Source: Psychrobacter cryohalolentis K5
Lineage (GTDB): Bacteria > Pseudomonadota > Gammaproteobacteria > Pseudomonadales > Moraxellaceae
Length of the DNA stretch: 32,000 nucleotides
Assembly (NCBI RefSeq): GCF_000013905.1
Contig: NC_007969.1
Coordinates: 3,000,001 to 3,032,000 of the forward strand
Reading direction: 5' to 3'
The position numbers were made by a program, and so were the translations under genes. This document shows positions 27,356 to 32,000 of this stretch, in pieces. Under the pieces are notes generated by a model that ran no database searches, was not told where the DNA came from, and worked only from the letters and a program-made list of their open reading frames with translations. The number at the start of each line of letters is the position of its first letter. The first letter of the stretch is position 1.

Positions 27356-28741
27356 TTATGCAGTAGGCATCACAAGATATAATCGATTGGCATCCTCTAT
27401 GGTTTTTTCTTTATCTAGATATTTTTGTTCAATCGTGCTTTTTGCATCCACTATCTCTGTATCTGTCAGCGCAAAATCATCATCATTGAGTAAACCTAAC
27501 GAGCCATCTTGGCGTAACCATAATCCTTCAAGCTTATCATGCGGATAATCTAGAGTAGCAAGCACATCGACGACCAAAGTTTTTTTAACAGGCTTGATAG
27601 CTAGCTTTTCGAGTAGTTGCCAGCTTGCTTCGTTTTCTGCTATCAATTGCTCGAGCGTTTGACCGTCAATAGTCAAACCGAAAGTATCATTTTGTTGGAT
27701 GATATGTGGATTATCAGCACTGATAATGGTTTCAATATCTGTTGCCTGAGAGATATTTATTTTATAAATAAGTTTTTTTGCCGATTTATCTTGTAAAGGA
27801 AACTTGCGGCCATGCTCAATGAGATAAAATTCATGTTCATTGATAGCGACTATCCCTGATGCCACGTGCTCTGCAATATCAAGACGATATAAATATTGCT
27901 CTATTTTCCCTGAAACTAAGTTGATAATGACGATACGAACCAAACTAGAGCCACGACCCGATTTATCAGGATTGTCCATAGAGGACTCCATGATACCTAC
28001 AAGCGTAGTCTGGTCTGGCGTTATAGTTAATGCTTCCATACCACGATTGGCACGGCGCTTGGTAAACTCTGCCGGTAATAACACCTGCTTACCATCAATA
28101 AACACATTATTGCGTTCGTCATGTGCAAAAGGATTGATACGGGCAATTTCCACCCCATCCGCGTCATAGTGGACAAGATGTGGACCATATTCATCGCTGA
28201 TCCAAAAACTGCCATCTTTGAGCGCGGCAAGTCCTTCGGGATCTAAGCCATTGATATTACTTTTAATGGGGTTGGTCACTTCATCAAACGGTAAATCTGG
28301 ATTCACCGTCATCGGCTGACCATTGATATCGTAAGGTACTTCATTGGTACCGCCAAAGGCTTTTGGATTCGGTAGTCCAGAGATAGGATTGCCATTGCTA
28401 TCTTTAAGCACAATGTCTTTTATCTTGATGATTTTGCCATCAGCTTGTAACTCAAACAATCCAATAGACGGCGTATAATTGGGCACTAAAAACTGCTTAC
28501 CTTTACCAGCAATACCATCAAAGTCGGCATTGGGACCTCGATCGGTAAGTACATAGAATTGATTAGCATTGCTTGGATGTGCCGCCGCATCTGAACCATA
28601 ACCGCCACCGCGTATTTCTAAATTTTTCTCAGGATAGGCAGCATTAGTATGCGTTGCGTCAAGCACGCTATAAGGTAATGGACTGCCTTGCGGAAAATCC
28701 ACAATTGAGATTATTTCTATATTTACCTTCTGTTCAGTCAT
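27356..28741 (-). CDS. Esterase-like activity of phytase family protein (beta-propeller-like)
   Basis: The sequence resembles the Phytase-like family (YVLTDRGPN, FWISDEYGP, NRGMEALT). The start is moved to ATG 28741 (AAGGA RBS). The ORF-track start at 28846 lies inside the upstream operon's terminator hairpin. Confidence 0.65.
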   Translation of the reverse strand: MTEQKVNIEIISIVDFPQGSPLPYSVLDATHTNAAYPEKNLEIRGGGYGSDAAAHPSNANQFYVLTDRGPNADFDGIAGKGKQFLVPNYTPSIGLFELQADGKIIKIKDIVLKDSNGNPISGLPNPKAFGGTNEVPYDINGQPMTVNPDLPFDEVTNPIKSNINGLDPEGLAALKDGSFWISDEYGPHLVHYDADGVEIARINPFAHDERNNVFIDGKQVLLPAEFTKRRANRGMEALTITPDQTTLVGIMESSMDNPDKSGRGSSLVRIVIINLVSGKIEQYLYRLDIAEHVASGIVAINEHEFYLIEHGRKFPLQDKSAKKLIYKINISQATDIETIISADNPHIIQQNDTFGLTIDGQTLEQLIAENEASWQLLEKLAIKPVKKTLVVDVLATLDYPHDKLEGLWLRQDGSLGLLNDDDFALTDTEIVDAKSTIEQKYLDKEKTIEDANRLYLVMPTA

Positions 28742-28816
28742 TATCGTTTTCCTTATCTCAATATTCTTAGTATTCAAAAACGGTATTTCATAAAAAATGA
28801 TAGATAAATTAAAGGC

Positions 28817-28849
28817 AAAAAAATAACCAGTGCTTAGCATACTCACTGG
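28817..28849 (-). terminator. Rho-independent terminator after the SPFH gene
   Basis: On the minus strand, the ccagtg-(11 nt)-cactgg hairpin is followed by ttattttttt. Confidence 0.6.
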
Positions 28850-28896
28850 CTATTTTTATACGTTGTGCTTATAGCATGTGGTCAAAGCACAGCTGC

Positions 28897-29757
28897 TTAA
28901 ACCTTAAGCTTATCACCGACCATGCCTTTTACGGTACTTAGAATGTCAGCAGGTAATACCACCATTTTTGAGTTGTCAGACTCAGCCAGCTGACGAATCG
29001 CTTTAATATACTGCTCGCCAAGTAAGTAGACAATCGGCATCTCTTCCGTACCCATCGCCGCAGTGATTAGACGGATAGACTCCTCTGAGCCTTTCGCCAG
29101 TACCACCTGCGCCTCAGCGTCACGGCGTGAGGCCTCTAAACGCCCATCTGCTTCTAAGATAGCCGCTTGCTTTTGACCATCAGCACGGGTCACTGTCGCT
29201 CGGCGTAGACGCTCTGCCGCTGCCTGTTCTTCCATTGATGCTTGCATGGTTTGCGAGGGGTTAATGTCTTGAATCTCTACTGTCTTTAACGTGATACCCC
29301 AATCTGCAATATCTTCTGAGATGGCATGCTTTAGCTTCATTTTTATTTCATCACGGCTAGATAAGGCACTATCAAGATCCATCTCACCGATGATTGAACG
29401 TAAAGACGTTTGTACCAGATTACGGATACCATACTCATAATCTTCGATGCCATAGACCGCTTTATCAGGGCGAATAATATTAATATAAGCCACAGCATTA
29501 GCGATAATCACTACGTTATCGCGGGTAATCACTTCTTGTGACGGAATATCAAGGACGATATCTTTGGTCGTTACTTTGTAAGAAACATCATCGACATAAG
29601 GGATAATAAGGTTTAGACCTGGTTCTAACGTTTGGCTATATTTCCCTAAGCGCTGTACCACCCATTTATACCCTTGTGGTACGATTCGCACACCTTTAAA
29701 CACGGTAAAGACTACCAGTGCAACCAAAACCACCATAACAATGCTAAAGCTTTCCAT
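28897..29757 (-). CDS. SPFH/Band-7 (stomatin-like, QmcA-type) membrane protein
   Basis: N-terminal TM helix followed by an SPFH domain (VPQGYKWVVQRLGKY ... ITRDNV ...) and a coiled-coil tail. AAGGA RBS. The NfeD partner gene lies 15 nt upstream. Confidence 0.88.
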   Translation of the reverse strand: MESFSIVMVVLVALVVFTVFKGVRIVPQGYKWVVQRLGKYSQTLEPGLNLIIPYVDDVSYKVTTKDIVLDIPSQEVITRDNVVIIANAVAYINIIRPDKAVYGIEDYEYGIRNLVQTSLRSIIGEMDLDSALSSRDEIKMKLKHAISEDIADWGITLKTVEIQDINPSQTMQASMEEQAAAERLRRATVTRADGQKQAAILEADGRLEASRRDAEAQVVLAKGSEESIRLITAAMGTEEMPIVYLLGEQYIKAIRQLAESDNSKMVVLPADILSTVKGMVGDKLKV

Positions 29758-29772
29758 AATTTATCCTTATTA

Positions 29773-30270
29773 TTATACGCGCATATTTTGGTTCACAGCT
29801 GCCTTCGATGTCATGCTACTCACAATCAGCTCGTTACCAACGATATCTGTTACCACTACTCGATCACCGACTGCCACTTGCTCACCTCGAGTACGGCACA
29901 TCCATTCAGTGGCACCCACAATAGGCACATTAAAACGCACCATGCCCGCCCTATCTGGCTGCGGCTGCGCAATAATCATACCTGTTTCACCAACGATCAC
30001 ACTGCCACCAAGTCCTGCTTTAGTACGATCAACCGATAAAGGTTTGATAAACTTAAACCATGCCAGCAAAAAGATGGCGGAGAGGAGTAACCAGATAATG
30101 ATTTGTACGGATACCGAAACAGGCAGAAGCCATGCAAGCGCAGCCACTATGATAGCAGCGGCACCAAACCAAAGGCTAGCAAAGGTTGGCACAAACATCT
30201 CGACTATCAGCAGCGAAAAGCCTAATACTAGCCAATGCCAAGGTTCAATCATCCAAAGAGTCTCCATCAT
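29773..30270 (-). CDS. NfeD-family membrane protein (YbbJ-like)
   Basis: Three or four TM helices followed by a C-terminal OB-fold-like soluble tail (GETGMIIAQP...VTDIVGNELIV). I prefer the ATG at 30270 (AGGGA RBS) to the ORF-track start at 30306. Confidence 0.8.
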   Translation of the reverse strand: MMETLWMIEPWHWLVLGFSLLIVEMFVPTFASLWFGAAAIIVAALAWLLPVSVSVQIIIWLLLSAIFLLAWFKFIKPLSVDRTKAGLGGSVIVGETGMIIAQPQPDRAGMVRFNVPIVGATEWMCRTRGEQVAVGDRVVVTDIVGNELIVSSMTSKAAVNQNMRV

Positions 30271-30442
30271 TGCTTTATTCCCTATCTTTGTTATCCTAGC
30301 TTTCAATGTAGCACATTTACTCCTCTAAGGACGTTTTAAAAGCGCTATAAAAACAATGTCTTAATCCAATTAACTTTCTTAGTATTAAAGCACATCCCTA
30401 TTTGCCTTAAACTAAGACTATCTATATTGTGCTTAAAAAAAG

Positions 30443-30476
30443 CAAAAAAAAACGACCGCCGAAGCGATCGTTTTTT
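30443..30476 (-). terminator. Rho-independent terminator after the OMP gene
   Basis: The aacgaccgc / gcgatcgtt stem with loop cgaa is flanked by an A-run on the plus strand (a T-run on the minus strand). Confidence 0.65.
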
Positions 30477-30529
30477 ATTCTGGGCGTTCTTATTAATACT
30501 TTAATATAAAGAGATTAAGTATCAAAATA

Positions 30530-31069
30530 TTAGAACTTTAGCTGTGCACCAACGGTCATTAGATCCGCGTCGCTACCTAGCTTGTCATATTCAGCTTCAA
30601 CGCTGAAGTTAGGGTTTACTGAGTAGCCAAGACCTACACCACCAGCTAAGCTAGTATCTTTGTTTGAACCATTATAAAAACCTGCTGGAGAAGTACCAGT
30701 CGCTTCTATTTCAGTTCTTGCAACACCTAGCTTACCTTTAGCATATAGACCGGTATTTGGGAAAGCATAACGGTAGGTACCATAAGCGCCGTAAGTTTTT
30801 GCGTCGATGTCACCGCCCCTGTAATCTGCGTCATCTGAGCCTACAAATTCAGCTTCCATACCAAAGTTAGGATCGAAATTGTAGCCTGCATATACGCCAT
30901 ATGCGGTTGGATCATCAGCGCCATCAACGTCTAAATCAAATTGACCGACTTTAGCACCAACGTATGGTTGACCAGTGTAGCCGTTGCCATAAGAAACGGC
31001 AGCTTGTGCACCCATGCTTAGTAATGAACCGGCTGCTAATGCAATTAGAGTTTTCTGTAGAGTTTTCAT
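30530..31069 (-). CDS. Small outer-membrane beta-barrel protein (OmpA-like/OmpW-size porin family)
   Basis: Signal peptide MKTLQKTLIALAAGSLLSMGAQA, alternating aromatic/Gly beta-strand pattern, C-terminal ...VGAQLKF. Strong AAGGAG RBS before ATG 31069. Confidence 0.8.
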   Translation of the reverse strand: MKTLQKTLIALAAGSLLSMGAQAAVSYGNGYTGQPYVGAKVGQFDLDVDGADDPTAYGVYAGYNFDPNFGMEAEFVGSDDADYRGGDIDAKTYGAYGTYRYAFPNTGLYAKGKLGVARTEIEATGTSPAGFYNGSNKDTSLAGGVGLGYSVNPNFSVEAEYDKLGSDADLMTVGAQLKF

Positions 31070-31389
31070 GTGTATCTCCTTAAAATCACTGTGGACAAAC
31101 AAGTTATTTATTTATGTGGAATTTTTAGTCATATCGCCTTGTTTGCTAACGATGTATACATAGTAACAAACCATGTCAGAGACTCTGTCAGTGTTTAATG
31201 GTAAGAAAGTTAAGTTTTGCAAGTGTTTATCAGTGTTCAAGTTACAAAGGCCGATATATGAAATCTTTTGTTACAACCACTCAGTTTGTGCAATAATCCC
31301 TACTTATTCTTGAGACGATTTACTCAGAACCTCATTTTAATAAGTAAAAACGATTAAATAAAAGCGATTAAATAAAAAAAGGGACCTCA

Positions 31390-32000
31390 ATGACTGCTCT
31401 TATTATCAATCGTCTGCAAGAGTCGCTCAACGCGCTAAAAGCAGCGAATCAATACCGTCAGATACCTAACTTACAACACCATGAGCAATATGTGATTAGC
31501 GAAGGCAAGCGATTACTCAATATCGCTAGCAACGATTATCTTGGCTTGGGCAGTAATAAGCAACTCCAGAGCGATTTCCTTAATCAACTCAATCAATTTC
31601 CAGTCGATAGCATACCTAGGATGAGTGCCACCTCCTCTAGGCTCTTGACAGGTAACGATGAACATCTGCAAGCATTGGAGTCTGAACTACAAGAATGGTA
31701 TCAAAACGCTGTAGACAAGAAAAACTTATCTTCATCAAAATCGGTACTGGTATTCAACAGCGGCTACCATGCCAATATAGGTATTTTGCCTGCACTGACG
31801 ACATTGCCAATCAAAACGCTCATTTTGGCAGATAAACTGGTGCACGCTAGTATTATCGACGGCATACGCCTCAGCCAAAGTAAGCTGGTTAGCTATCGTC
31901 GTTACCGTCACAACGACTATGAGCATTTAGCCAAATTTATTGAGCAAGCAGATTCAAGTGTTAAGCGCATTATTATTGTCACCGAAAGCATCTTTAGTAT
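31390..32000 (+). CDS. bioF: 8-amino-7-oxononanoate synthase (3' end outside window)
   Basis: The frame is open from ATG 31390 to the window edge. BioF-like blocks are LLNIASNDYLGL, LVFNSGYHAN, LVHASIIDG, YRHND and IIIVTESIFS. Confidence 0.85.
   Translation, partial: MTALIINRLQESLNALKAANQYRQIPNLQHHEQYVISEGKRLLNIASNDYLGLGSNKQLQSDFLNQLNQFPVDSIPRMSATSSRLLTGNDEHLQALESELQEWYQNAVDKKNLSSSKSVLVFNSGYHANIGILPALTTLPIKTLILADKLVHASIIDGIRLSQSKLVSYRRYRHNDYEHLAKFIEQADSSVKRIIIVTESIFS

Noticed and set aside
28897-30270. NfeD/SPFH pair as a defence or novel system
   Set aside because: This is the widespread qmcA/ybbJ-type housekeeping pair, with native composition and no associated effector genes.
31103-31389. 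Canonical BirA operator (TTGTAAACC-N14-16-GGTTTACAA) upstream of bioF
   Set aside because: No match is present. The palindrome at 31141-31171 differs in its half-site sequence and lies closer to the OMP gene, so it is reported only as an unassigned candidate operator.
1-32000. CRISPR arrays, rRNA genes, prophage or integron structures
   Set aside because: I saw no regularly spaced direct repeats, no rRNA-like sequence, no integrase, recombinase or phage structural genes, and no attC-like sites while reading the window.

Overview
This is a chromosomal segment of a moderately AT-rich gammaproteobacterium. Gene content and order look Moraxellaceae/Psychrobacter-like, but that is my inference and not a search result. 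Most of the window is housekeeping. It holds the distal Na+-NQR operon (nqrC'-D-E-F) with its maturation genes apbE and nqrM, split by an SDR gene. It also holds an MFS transporter, a translationally coupled tesA-like/ABC ATPase/FtsX-permease operon, avtA, hisB-hisH, tRNA-Phe, a DUF4385 gene, gph, comM, an Ntn-hydrolase acylase lipoprotein, hemN, a phytase-like protein, an NfeD/SPFH pair, a small beta-barrel OMP and the start of bioF. The only clearly accessory stretch is about 11.98-15.24 kb. It contains a complete 1423-bp IS3-family element with imperfect terminal inverted repeats and a 4-bp duplication, inserted in the loop of a bidirectional terminator. Immediately beside it lies a visibly low-GC single-gene islet. 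That gene encodes a 482-aa Hanks-type Ser/Thr kinase with all catalytic motifs intact, fused to a roughly 217-aa C-terminal domain I cannot assign. I rank this kinase as the best candidate for an undescribed stand-alone conflict or defence module. I did not see a partner gene, a CRISPR array, an integrase or a prophage. Secondary observations are an RBS-sequestering hairpin at the transposase-proximal IS end, a two-copy hairpin-forming intergenic repeat family, and several candidate operators or structures in intergenic regions.
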